A DNA stretch of 64,000 nucleotides from Prevotella sp. (lineage in GTDB: Bacteria; Bacteroidota; Bacteroidia; Bacteroidales; Dysgonomonadaceae), in contig JAITVV010000092.1 in NCBI GenBank assembly GCA_031285625.1, forward strand, positions 96,001-160,000, given 5' to 3'. Below are positions 52,545 through 62,398 of this stretch, piece after piece. Under the pieces are notes generated by a model. It saw only the letters and a program-made list of their open reading frames with translations, ran no database searches and was not told the origin of the DNA. A program made the position numbers and the translations under genes. Within the stretch, counting starts at the first letter, position 1. Every line of letters starts with the position of its first letter.

Positions 52545-53870
52545 TTATTCAAATAAAAATGGTTTGACTAACTCCAGTTTTGCTCTTTGCTCTTCAAAAA
52601 AGAATTTGTCATCACCAAAGGCTGGTTTCAACTGATTAAACCACGTTGCCTTCGAATCATATTGAGCAAAGAAAGGAATATCCACCCATTTAGGATTTCT
52701 TCCCTGTATAAAGCGTAGAACGAATATCTTCTCCCCTCTTACTTCTTGTACACCCAAGACTTGTATTTTCCCCGCATGGTCACTCATACTTGGACCTCTA
52801 ACTGTCCGGCAAAGACCGCTAACCTTACGGTATGCACGGCGGAAAATCTGCCAACACCTGTCTAAAGGTAATTCAAAATAATGTTTGGCACCCGTATCCC
52901 GAGCTATAAACATATAATAAGGTATGCATCCCAAATCAACCTGCTTTCGCCACATTTCAGCCCAAAGTTCAGGCTTGTCATTTATATTTCTCAGCAATGG
53001 CGATTGGGTACGTATCTGTGCACCTGTATTACGAATACGCATAATAGCCTGCTTCACCGCATCAGTAGATAGTTCCCTTGGATGATTAAAATGTGCCTGC
53101 ACCGACAGATTCTTACCAGCTTTGGTTATATCTTCAAACAGACGGATTACATCATCACTGTCTTTATCGGTCAAATACCTGTATGGCCAGTATGCCAAAG
53201 ATTTTGTACCGATACGGATAGAACGGATATGGCTGAATTCAGGTCCGAGCAAAGGCTTTATATATGCCTCAAGTGTAGCTGCATTCATTACCATCGGGTC
53301 GCCTCCGGTAAATAGTATATCTGTCACCTCTTTGTGCAATCGCAGGTATTTGAGCAATAGATCCGCCTCTTTCATGGCAAACTTAAGTTCACTCATACCC
53401 GAAAATTGTGGCCAACGGAAACAAAATGTACAAAACGCATGGCAGGTCTGTCCCTGGCTGGGAAAAAATAATACTGTTTCAGGATACTTGTGCTGTATCC
53501 CCTTCAACTTGATCTCACCTAAATAAGGTACATTATGTTCCTGTCCTGCAGGATTGGGATTCAGAGCCATACGTATCTGTTGTACTTTCTTGGCTATAGT
53601 TTCCTTATCCGCATTCTCATCTAACAACTTTTCAATAGCCGTATAATGCCTCTTTTCCAACATCCCTTGTCGTGGAAAATTCAACGTAAAGATAGGATCA
53701 GACTCTACATTTGTCCAATCAATCAGTTCATCTACCACATAGCTGTTTGTTTTAAATGGAAGAACTCTTCCTACAACATCTATGTCTTTTATCATCTCTT
53801 CTGTAAGAGATAAAATCTGTGGAATTGTACGGTAGTTATGTAACGCGTACGATATAATTTGCTTACTCAT
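52545..53870 (-). CDS. KamA-family radical SAM protein
   Basis: QHKYPETVL, CHAFCTFC (CxxxCxxC), TGGDP, HFNHPRE; start moved to MSKQII. Confidence 0.9.
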   Translation of the reverse strand: MSKQIISYALHNYRTIPQILSLTEEMIKDIDVVGRVLPFKTNSYVVDELIDWTNVESDPIFTLNFPRQGMLEKRHYTAIEKLLDENADKETIAKKVQQIRMALNPNPAGQEHNVPYLGEIKLKGIQHKYPETVLFFPSQGQTCHAFCTFCFRWPQFSGMSELKFAMKEADLLLKYLRLHKEVTDILFTGGDPMVMNAATLEAYIKPLLGPEFSHIRSIRIGTKSLAYWPYRYLTDKDSDDVIRLFEDITKAGKNLSVQAHFNHPRELSTDAVKQAIMRIRNTGAQIRTQSPLLRNINDKPELWAEMWRKQVDLGCIPYYMFIARDTGAKHYFELPLDRCWQIFRRAYRKVSGLCRTVRGPSMSDHAGKIQVLGVQEVRGEKIFVLRFIQGRNPKWVDIPFFAQYDSKATWFNQLKPAFGDDKFFFEEQRAKLELVKPFLFE

Positions 53871-54036
53871 AGTTATAAAATTTCGAAGGGCATTTGATCT
53901 CCATCCATACAATATACTAAAAATGTGTCACATATACAAAATACGTACCTTAGCGCACACATTTTTTTAAAGTATTATAACATTTACCCCCCTCTATCGG
54001 GCATTTTTTTTCTTTTTATGCCAAAATAGTTATAGG

Positions 54037-54073
54037 TACGCAAAAAAACTGCGCAATCACTATATTATATTTG
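54037..54073 (+). promoter_or_regulatory. Candidate WYL-regulator site and -7 promoter of the hen1-rnl-pnkp1 operon
   Basis: TACGCAAAAAAACTGCGCAA (54037-54056), TATATTTG (54066-54073). Confidence 0.6.
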
Positions 54074-54101
54074 TACCAATATTAGAAATAAGATAGAAAT
54101 T

Positions 54102-55412
54102 ATGATCTTAAAAATTAGAAGCAAAAACGATTATTTGCTTGATATTCTTTTCAAGAACCCGAACACAGACTATGGATTGTATTTCAAGACTTTAAAGAAT
54201 GGTCAGATAGTAGGAAATGCGGTTAACAAACATTACTATGAGGTAGTTTTTCAGGATACTAAATACAGTTATCTGCCTGAAGAAAGCAACCAGATAGACT
54301 ATCAAAGCTATTGCACACCATTATCTGTATTGCACATATGCAATGAGCTTTTTACACATATACTAAAAAGTAAAGACGAGTTTTCTCAAAAACCAATTAC
54401 GTGGCTTGACATTACACAAGGTAAAGCCGATACAGAAAATTGTATAATTGAAATACCTTCTTTTTATATTGACTCCAACTGGTTTCGAAACGAACGTTTT
54501 CTACCTTCAAAGTATTTTGATGGGGTAAAGGTCGAACAACAAACAAACCGCATCTTTAAGTTGACAATTACTGCAAAATCTGTTTTTGAAGCATTCAATT
54601 TACTGGCTTTGGTCGCATTGTTTACTCATGTTACAAATGAATATAGAATACATACTTATATAGATGATCAATTGGCCCAGAAATATGGACGAATATTGAC
54701 CAATATTGAAAATGTTCCATATTTTGTTTTCTACCTGTTCATTATGAAGGCTGTGAAATCCGAAAGTCAGTTTAAGGAACTGAAACCTTTATTCGAGAAA
54801 TATCTTGAAGGAAACGGATTGATAGCTAATCTGGTATTAAAAGGTACATACCTGCAGCGTATTCATTATATAGTTAATCAGCTAGAACTGGATATACCAA
54901 TTCTGGATATTGGATGTGGAGAATTCACCTACTATAAAAAGATGATGGCTAAGGAATTTAAAGCACCATATTATGCTGTAGATCAAGATAGCCAATTTGA
55001 ACGATTGAGTGAGAATATTGCACGAAGGTATGAGGAAGACAATCTGATATTCTACAATTCATTAGAACAGTTTACATCTGACGAACAGGTAAATATTCTT
55101 TTGACCGAAGTTATTGAGCATAATCCAAGGGAAGAAGCCGATATATTGATAAAGAAGGCTTTATCATTTAATTTCAACAAATTATTAATTACCACCCCAA
55201 ATGTGGAGTTCAATCAATTTTACAATATGGAGAGTGAGTTTCGCCACGACGATCATCAGTTTGAACTTACCCAAAAAGAATTTGAAGAACTAATAGAGAG
55301 TTGTATCTGGAACATGGAAAATCCGGAACAATATAAAGTAGCGTTTTTTCAATTAGGTGATAGTCTAAATGACATTCAGCCAACACAAGGATGTGTAATC
55401 AGAAAACAATAA
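54102..55412 (+). CDS. hen1: Hen1-type RNA 2'-O-methyltransferase of a Pnkp1-Rnl-Hen1 system
   Basis: N-terminal ligase-activating-like region (KNP), ILDIGCGE, EVIEH, ITTPNVEFN, FRHDDHQFE, PTQG. Confidence 0.85.
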   Translation: MILKIRSKNDYLLDILFKNPNTDYGLYFKTLKNGQIVGNAVNKHYYEVVFQDTKYSYLPEESNQIDYQSYCTPLSVLHICNELFTHILKSKDEFSQKPITWLDITQGKADTENCIIEIPSFYIDSNWFRNERFLPSKYFDGVKVEQQTNRIFKLTITAKSVFEAFNLLALVALFTHVTNEYRIHTYIDDQLAQKYGRILTNIENVPYFVFYLFIMKAVKSESQFKELKPLFEKYLEGNGLIANLVLKGTYLQRIHYIVNQLELDIPILDIGCGEFTYYKKMMAKEFKAPYYAVDQDSQFERLSENIARRYEEDNLIFYNSLEQFTSDEQVNILLTEVIEHNPREEADILIKKALSFNFNKLLITTPNVEFNQFYNMESEFRHDDHQFELTQKEFEELIESCIWNMENPEQYKVAFFQLGDSLNDIQPTQGCVIRKQ

Positions 55413-55441
55413 TCAGTTAATAGTTATCAAACGATATAATT

Positions 55442-56626
55442 ATGGAAGATTTAAAACGATTAAAAAATAGAATTGACTGGTTTTGTGAAAACAAAGTGAA
55501 TGCTTTTTCACCTACCATATCACCGGCTCCAAAATCGATTGAACGAAACGAGATAGAGAGTATATATGAAGGTATCCGTTACTTCTTTGAAAATGGAGTA
55601 CAGGAGATAGTGATACAAAAGAAATATATGGGCTCTTACTGTGATATATATTTAAATAAGAATCTGGAAGATACCTATTTCGTTAGCCGAAACGGGCATA
55701 AAATAGATCATATTGACTTGATTGCAGCAGTAGAAGCCTGTAGAGAATTGCACAGCCGTATCGACTGGACTGATACTGACATGCTCATTATCCAATCGGA
55801 ACTTATGCCTTGGAGTGCTTTAGGTAAAGGACTGATTGAAAATGAATTTGAAGGCTATCTGAATGTACACCAAAACCACTGCAACCATCTGACTCAATCG
55901 GATATATATGAGAAAATCTCAAAAGTAAAGGCTTCTCAACCTTACATAGACTTTATTGAGGATAAGAACAAACTTTCTCTCAAGGAATTGAGAGAAAGGT
56001 ATCCTCATCATATTATCCGCCAGTATGAATCTGTAGCCGATTTTAATATACTGGATATGGAAGTGTATAAAACAAGTATCGATATATACGAAAAACAGAT
56101 CAATCATTTTGGCAAAAAAGATTCTATACACTTCAAGCCGTTCAATATTCTGAAAAAAGTATTTAAAGACGGCTCTGAACTGATAGTGAACGACAACCTA
56201 AGTTATAGAGAAGTAAATAATGATGAATGTCTGAACTTGTACATACGCAACGAAGAGGAATTTAACCAGTCAGTAGAAGAGATATACAAGTGGTTTGTAA
56301 CCCTGGAGCAAAATATGGAAGAAGGTATTGTAATCAAACCCCGTCAGGCGTTTATCAGAAATATGCCTCCTGCATTCAAAGTAAGAAACAATAAGTATCT
56401 TACAATGATATACGGAGTAAATTTTCATGAACAATATGATTACTATCTTTATAAACGTAAGATCGACCGTAAACTGGAATGCTCCATTAATGACTGGATG
56501 ATCAATTGGGAGTTGCTGAAAGTGAAATACAAAGATATCAGCAAAGAAAACTACCTGTTGAAGAACCTTGTTTTCGACCGCATTATGGGAGAGAGGGTTG
56601 AAGCTGGATTGGATATGAGATTATAA
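55442..56626 (+). CDS. Stand-alone RNA ligase of the bacterial Pnkp ligase-domain type (Rnl)
   Basis: FSPTISPA, motif I QKKYMGS, ELMPWS, EEGIVIKP, KVRN..YL.MIYG, terminal DMRL. Confidence 0.88.
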   Translation: MEDLKRLKNRIDWFCENKVNAFSPTISPAPKSIERNEIESIYEGIRYFFENGVQEIVIQKKYMGSYCDIYLNKNLEDTYFVSRNGHKIDHIDLIAAVEACRELHSRIDWTDTDMLIIQSELMPWSALGKGLIENEFEGYLNVHQNHCNHLTQSDIYEKISKVKASQPYIDFIEDKNKLSLKELRERYPHHIIRQYESVADFNILDMEVYKTSIDIYEKQINHFGKKDSIHFKPFNILKKVFKDGSELIVNDNLSYREVNNDECLNLYIRNEEEFNQSVEEIYKWFVTLEQNMEEGIVIKPRQAFIRNMPPAFKVRNNKYLTMIYGVNFHEQYDYYLYKRKIDRKLECSINDWMINWELLKVKYKDISKENYLLKNLVFDRIMGERVEAGLDMRL

Positions 56627-56783
56627 GAATGAACTTGTACAAATTGCTGGGTATGTCTGAATATTTTTATGGAGATTCTATTGAAATAGATATTATAAAA
56701 ACAGACAAAACGAAAACAAGATTTTTGAATTAATCTTTACATACTTTATAAGCAAAAATTAAGTAAGACATAAGTATATAACA

Positions 56784-57698
56784 ATGAAAAAAAACTCCAA
56801 AATATTAATATTAATCGGTGCTCCCGGATCGGGTAAATCCACTTTCGCAAAGTATTTTATCCGCACCGAAGAAAATTGGATGCGTCTTTGCCGTGATGAT
56901 TTTCGCATGATGCATTTTACATATGCTAATTTATCTCCACGCGATGAAGGTTTGATTACCGACATGCTGGATGTATCTATAGAAGCATTACTAAAGAAAA
57001 GATGTAATGTGCTGATAGATGCTACTCACTGCAGAGCAGAATATCTGAACCACTATATAGAAAAATTTAACCATCTGGCAGATATATCTTTCAAAGTATT
57101 TGAAGCCGATGCCGAAGAAATAGCCGAACGCTGTGATAAACGTAATAAGGAAACGGGCAAATATATTCCGGCGAATGTGCAAAAACGCTATATAAAAGAA
57201 CTGGAAGAGTTGAAAAAGACATTTGATCTCTCAACCCGTCCTAAGATTGATAAAAGAGTAAAAATAGCAGAGCAGAATACAACCCTACCTAAAGCTGTTA
57301 TTTGTGACCTTGACGGAACGCTTGCCCTTATGGATGATCGTAATCCATTTGATGCATCCCATAGTGATAAAGATGAATTAAATAAACCGGTAGCAAATAC
57401 ATTAAAAGCTTTAGCGAAAGATGGTTACCAGATACTTTTGGTTTCAGGTAGGGAAGATAAGTTCAGAGAACCGACTAAGCGTTTTCTTGAAATCCATAAC
57501 ATTCCTTATCATCAACTTTGGATGCGCCAAAGCAAGGATTATAGAAAAGATTCGATAATAAAAAAAGAAATATTCGACGCTGAAATAAAGGATAAATATT
57601 ATATCGATTTAGTACTTGACGACAGAGACCAGGTGGTAGAAATGTGGCGTAAAGAGTTAAAGTTAAATTGCTTTCAGGTGAATTATGGGAATTTTTAA
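56784..57698 (+). CDS. T4-PseT-like polynucleotide 5'-kinase/3'-phosphatase (Pnkp1)
   Basis: GAPGSGKS, RDDFR, HAD DLDGT, SGR, DDRDQVV. Confidence 0.9.
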   Translation: MKKNSKILILIGAPGSGKSTFAKYFIRTEENWMRLCRDDFRMMHFTYANLSPRDEGLITDMLDVSIEALLKKRCNVLIDATHCRAEYLNHYIEKFNHLADISFKVFEADAEEIAERCDKRNKETGKYIPANVQKRYIKELEELKKTFDLSTRPKIDKRVKIAEQNTTLPKAVICDLDGTLALMDDRNPFDASHSDKDELNKPVANTLKALAKDGYQILLVSGREDKFREPTKRFLEIHNIPYHQLWMRQSKDYRKDSIIKKEIFDAEIKDKYYIDLVLDDRDQVVEMWRKELKLNCFQVNYGNF

Positions 57699-58352
57699 AG
57701 CATACCATGTATGCTTACATAATATCCAGTTTGCTTTTGTCTTTTTCGAAGAGAAAAGTATAGCCATATTCACCAAGCCTTTTCTGTGCATCAATCATAT
57801 CTTCTGATGATTTTGTGAGAATCAAAGTAGAAATGATTACAGGATGATCTACATCTTGTAGGTAAGGTTGAAAATAACCGATAGGTACATCAAATCCCAG
57901 ATACTCGGACTAAAACTGATTGCTCATTCCAAGGCTCTATATTTTCAGGTCTTTCCTTTATTACTCTGTTATGATATATATCTAATTGATCCAATAATGA
58001 AGAAAGAATGTATTAAGAAAACAATGTTCGGATTCTGTTCCAATGAAAGTATTATTATCATCAAACGATCGAATTTAATCATTATCCCCAACATGAACCC
58101 GTACAAGATATACTTGTTATGATAGGCCGTCACTTCAATATAGATCCCTTGTTGAAACAATGGACAAAAAGTAAGTCAACAGCTTCTGTTTTACATTTTG
58201 TTGATTTAATGATTAATAAAGATTATAAACAGATTAGCTCATACCCCAATGTTCAAATGGAAAGTAGGATTGATATATGGCTTAAAAAGGCTGATACTAA
58301 AATACATTTTATGGCTGAAAGTCGATATAGAGATAGCATATGCTACATATAA
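57697..58352. pseudogene. Probable degraded gene fragments
   Basis: Minus-strand protein-like segments (…PYLQDVDHPVIISTLILTK…HTWYA*) broken by stops/frameshifts; short plus-strand fragment at 58119-58352. Confidence 0.3.
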
Positions 58353-58455
58353 GAATATAGATACAGGCTTTCATACATAGATATTAACAATCCAAATTGT
58401 TATACAAGTAATACTGAATATCCTACCTTTGTTATATTAACTAAATAGTAGAATT

Positions 58456-58755
58456 ATGGTCTTAATACAAATAAATTTTGACTTTCCGGTAGAAATGATG
58501 GGTGACGCTCTCACTATAGGAGCTAAAGAATTGGCAGAAAGTATTAATAATGAGCCTGGTTTTGTTTCCAAAATATGGATAGAAAATGTTAAAACTGAAG
58601 AGAGTGGTGGAATCTATATTTTTAAAGATATGGAGTCTGCTGAAAAATATGCAGCGATGCACTCTAAACGAGTTGAGGCTATGGGTGCAAAAAATATTGT
58701 ATGCAAATTCTTTAATGTGAACGAGCCTTTATCTCGAATTAATCACGGAATATAA
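58456..58755 (+). CDS. YdhR-family putative monooxygenase
   Basis: LAESINNEPGFVSKIWIEN..EESGGIYIF...NEPLSRINHG. Confidence 0.88.
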   Translation: MVLIQINFDFPVEMMGDALTIGAKELAESINNEPGFVSKIWIENVKTEESGGIYIFKDMESAEKYAAMHSKRVEAMGAKNIVCKFFNVNEPLSRINHGI

Positions 58756-58758
58756 TAT

Positions 58759-58973
58759 ACAAGTAAGGTAACAGGCGAGAAGAGACTTGCCTTGCGGCTA
58801 TCGGACGTTCTTACCCCCAGGAGGCAGTGAACCGGCATTCGACATCTCAGGGAGACTTGCGCATTGTGCTTTGCCCTGTCGGTTTTCAACCCGACTTCGC
58901 GGAATCGGTTGCCCGAATCTAAGCTACCTTAGGCCCATTATCGAAGTAACCCTTCTCTACGACACTTACTTGT
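58759..58973 (-). ncRNA. Putative Y-RNA-like ncRNA (about 215 nt)
   Basis: Own TATCTTTG -7 box (58981-58988); ends pair (ACAAGUAAG/CUUACUUGU; GAGAAGGG/CUCUUCUC) around GUGUCGUAG; GCAA tetraloop hairpins on this strand; 5' end shared with 63933-64000. Confidence 0.7.
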
Positions 58974-59000
58974 TATTGTGCAAAGATAGTAAAAAAGAAC

Positions 59001-59189
59001 TTATCGGAAAGACTTCCTCTTCTGAATGGCTCCGGCAACAAGCATCACTAGCCCAAGGCCTGTAGTAAATCCCTGAAAGAAAGCAATTGCTGATATCGTA
59101 TGGTCCGGCGATAAATATTTTAAGATGAAAGACACAGATATTAGAAATAATCCCAAGCTTATTTTCTTATTCAAATTTATGTTTTTCAT
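59001..59189 (-). CDS. Small two-TM membrane protein
   Basis: 62 aa, two hydrophobic helices, TATATTTG box upstream. Confidence 0.55.
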   Translation of the reverse strand: MKNINLNKKISLGLFLISVSFILKYLSPDHTISAIAFFQGFTTGLGLVMLVAGAIQKRKSFR

Positions 59190-59223
59190 GATATGTCATT
59201 TTTATTATATACAAATATAATAA

Positions 59224-61980
59224 CTATCTCCATTTGTTCACTTGTTCCGATGTATTATCATCCGTAAAATTTGCCGAAAGGGCTTTCATTCTGGCCTCTA
59301 ACAGTTGTTTTCTACCTTCAATTGTACGTGTATAAATAAGGTCGCATGGACCAACAAGTTCGAGCCATTGCTGAGAGAAATATTGAGCAAGTTTTTTATT
59401 CCTACCCAAGATCTCAGGTACTGCATGGTAGTCGCGCCGGATTTGTTCTGCAAAGAATTTACTTTTACGTACGATTATATAACGTGGATTTTCAATGACA
59501 TTAACAATTTCTTGCAATGTATCGATAAATACAGCTTGCTCAAAAGTACTTCCTCCATCGAGATAACAATAAATGGCTCCAGCTTCATCAGAATATGCAA
59601 TAACCTTTAGGTTTGCAGGATTAGTAATTATTGTGCCTTGCTTGATTAATGACTTGAGCAACACATTTCCTATTTGTTGAATATCTTTAGAAATATCCCT
59701 GAATTTTATATATAGTTTTAGTGTCTTATAAGTTTGCCTGCCACACATAAATAATCCTGTAAGGGCAGTAAGAAGAATAAAGAAATAGAAATCTTTTGGG
59801 GTTCGCAATGCCTTTATATTGTGTATCAATGATTCAAGAGTCTGAGAAGCAAAAGCTGTAAGTAACAATAGAAGATCGGCTCCAAGATACTTTATCGTCC
59901 GCATCATGTATAGTTGTTTTAGCTTTGGGTATTCGCCCCCTTTTTCGCTATAGAACGGGATCTTTATCTCCTCTACAATTTGTACCCCTCCGGCAATAGC
60001 TTTTGCCCATCTTTCATTTAGGGTGCATCGGTCTCCGGCATTCGTTAATGTAACAAGATTAATTCCTCTGATTGTTTCCTCATTGTATGAATCCCTATGT
60101 ATATTAAGGCGTTGCAATCCATTTTCAATTGTCGGTTCCTCATAGTTTGATAATCCGACAAAGCTTCGAAAACGTCTTCTCATTACTTCCAGGTCGCTAC
60201 CTCCATCTTCCATTGTAGGATCGAGGCAGACAAGATGCCATATATTACTTGTTTTGGATGGATTATCTTTTTGTGTTCTTATTGCACGTCCCCGCATTTG
60301 ATTGGAAAGTACAAAAGATCCTACAAAACTAGCTAAAATCAGACTATTGATTGCCGGAGCATCCCATCCTTCTCCCAACAGGGATTTAGTACCGATAAGA
60401 ATCTCGATCTCCCCTTCCTGAAATAGTTGTGTTATGATTTGTACCAGTTTATTTTTAAGAGTTGCATTTGATTTGATAATCCTGTATCCATCTATATACT
60501 CATATGTGAGCGGATCCAGTTCTGTCATGCCGTGTATGATGCATAATTCATGGAAACGACTAATTGCATCAATAGGTATGATTGTTATTGAACCTGTGAG
60601 TACTCCGAGTTTTTTATTATCATTGTTATATTTACGTAGATGTTCGAATATGGGAATCACCCCAATCTTGCTTAACTCAATGTCTACATTGTCTTTATTG
60701 AGGCATTCACTTCGTATATAATCTGACAAAATAACCATGCGCAAATCAGATTGTAAATGGCTATGTTCAAAATCAACAATCTCTTTTATGCTATTCATCT
60801 TTCCATTACTGGAAATAAGAAGCTTATTGATGCGCTGATTATAAAGCATGTTCACTCTGTTGCGTTCGAGTACTCCATATCGTCTTAATTGATTCATCAA
60901 GGCTTCCTTTTCTTCTTCAAACTCTTCAAAGAGTTCTTTCTCCTGAAAAAGAAAGAAGTTAAGTAATATTTCAATACGTTCATAGAGCAATTCTGGAATA
61001 TCTACTTTGGGTATATCATTTCCCTCATATCCACTTACTATTCTTAAGTGGATAACGGGAATCTCGATATTATTTGCATGCAGGAATATAATACATGATG
61101 TGTATATAGGTAAATTATCATAAATCCAGTCCAGATACTTTTCCGGCTCATTCCATGCAGGGATACTTGCCATTGCATTAATCAAAGTCTCCGAATGGGA
61201 TAGCTTCTGATAAAGATCATTCATGTCTTTTCGAAACTTATTTATCTTTCGGTATTCTTCTTCAGTAGGCATTGAAAAGTAAATATGATCCTGATGAGGG
61301 CACAGATCGCCTTCGATAATTAGTTCCGGAATGGAAATTTCTGTGTCGATACTACCATTCAGGTCGAGGTAGCGTCTCCATTCAGTATAGCTGACATCAT
61401 AGGGTGGAGTGGCCGTAAGACCAACGACAAAGGGATCTAATTGTTCTTTAACCTTTATGAGAGTATGCCACCATTCATTCATCAGATGATGTGCTTCATC
61501 AACAACAATTGTCCCTATTCCTACACTTTTTAGTCCTTTAACGATAGATACCAGAGTGGATTTATTATGAGCTTTGGCTTTGATCGGTTTAGGTTCAGAA
61601 TTTTCATCTTCCGGTTCTTCATCTTCTGCTTGTATTTGTCCGCTACATGATGAGTGTAAGCCTTGATACGTCACTACAGTTATGAATGCAGGCTTGCGGA
61701 TATCGGTTGATATCCATTCGGGAGTGATATGTGTATCTAAGAATAGTTCACAAAAACGTTGTATCCATTGGTTCCGGATGGTTAAAGACGGGGCTAGTAT
61801 TAAAGTCGCTTTATTGATGCGTATTGCTACTTCTAGTCCTAATACTGTTTTACCTGATCCTGGAGGTGCGATAACATGCAAATGCCTGTCTTCCATATGG
61901 AAGTCTAATTCATCCAATACTTTTTGTTGGTATTTTCTCCAGGGATATTTAAATTTTGTATTGGATGGAAAGGTTTTCAT
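59224..61980 (-). CDS. SF2 DEAH-box helicase (ResIII-like) with C-terminal membrane segments
   Basis: APPGSGKT, VDEAHH, GLTATPP, LLGEGWD, QMRGRAIR; two hydrophobic helices near the C-terminus. Confidence 0.88.
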   Translation of the reverse strand: MKTFPSNTKFKYPWRKYQQKVLDELDFHMEDRHLHVIAPPGSGKTVLGLEVAIRINKATLILAPSLTIRNQWIQRFCELFLDTHITPEWISTDIRKPAFITVVTYQGLHSSCSGQIQAEDEEPEDENSEPKPIKAKAHNKSTLVSIVKGLKSVGIGTIVVDEAHHLMNEWWHTLIKVKEQLDPFVVGLTATPPYDVSYTEWRRYLDLNGSIDTEISIPELIIEGDLCPHQDHIYFSMPTEEEYRKINKFRKDMNDLYQKLSHSETLINAMASIPAWNEPEKYLDWIYDNLPIYTSCIIFLHANNIEIPVIHLRIVSGYEGNDIPKVDIPELLYERIEILLNFFLFQEKELFEEFEEEKEALMNQLRRYGVLERNRVNMLYNQRINKLLISSNGKMNSIKEIVDFEHSHLQSDLRMVILSDYIRSECLNKDNVDIELSKIGVIPIFEHLRKYNNDNKKLGVLTGSITIIPIDAISRFHELCIIHGMTELDPLTYEYIDGYRIIKSNATLKNKLVQIITQLFQEGEIEILIGTKSLLGEGWDAPAINSLILASFVGSFVLSNQMRGRAIRTQKDNPSKTSNIWHLVCLDPTMEDGGSDLEVMRRRFRSFVGLSNYEEPTIENGLQRLNIHRDSYNEETIRGINLVTLTNAGDRCTLNERWAKAIAGGVQIVEEIKIPFYSEKGGEYPKLKQLYMMRTIKYLGADLLLLLTAFASQTLESLIHNIKALRTPKDFYFFILLTALTGLFMCGRQTYKTLKLYIKFRDISKDIQQIGNVLLKSLIKQGTIITNPANLKVIAYSDEAGAIYCYLDGGSTFEQAVFIDTLQEIVNVIENPRYIIVRKSKFFAEQIRRDYHAVPEILGRNKKLAQYFSQQWLELVGPCDLIYTRTIEGRKQLLEARMKALSANFTDDNTSEQVNKWR

Positions 61981-62398
61981 TTGTATTGTTTGAGTAATAA
62001 ATCACAAAGATAATTGAAAAAAGGAATAACTCCTTGTTATCCCTTTAGTCTCTATCTTTTAAAATTCTCCATCCTGGTTGGGAATACATTACTTCCATTA
62101 TGAAAAGCAAAGGGGATTCTATACTCAGCAACTGGGTTATCAACGTAAAGGGATGAATAAACGTTTCCGGGAACGTTTTAATCATGAAGAAACCTTTATA
62201 TTTACCAGGAAGGATAATTTTGATTATGCCTATAAGTGTGTCAATTATTATTGGCATGATGACACAAAAGAAGATGTTGATTTACGTAAAAATTCAAACA
62301 TGATTTTATAGATAAATATATTGAAGGTGCAAGTTTTATGATGCCGGACTATTAAGTGTCTGATAAATTATTGTACTTTTAAAAGAAATTATAATCAT

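Noticed and set aside
58759-58973. 6S RNA
   Set aside because: Not excluded, but the interior is multibranched rather than a rod with a central bubble, and the terminal module recurs in a much shorter RNA
58787-59065. 92-aa plus-strand ORF
   Set aside because: TTG start, antisense to a promoter-bearing structured RNA; best explained as a GC-rich shadow ORF
62045-62311. Overlapping 70- and 77-aa ORFs
   Set aside because: No motif and ambiguous strand; probably a fragment or non-coding
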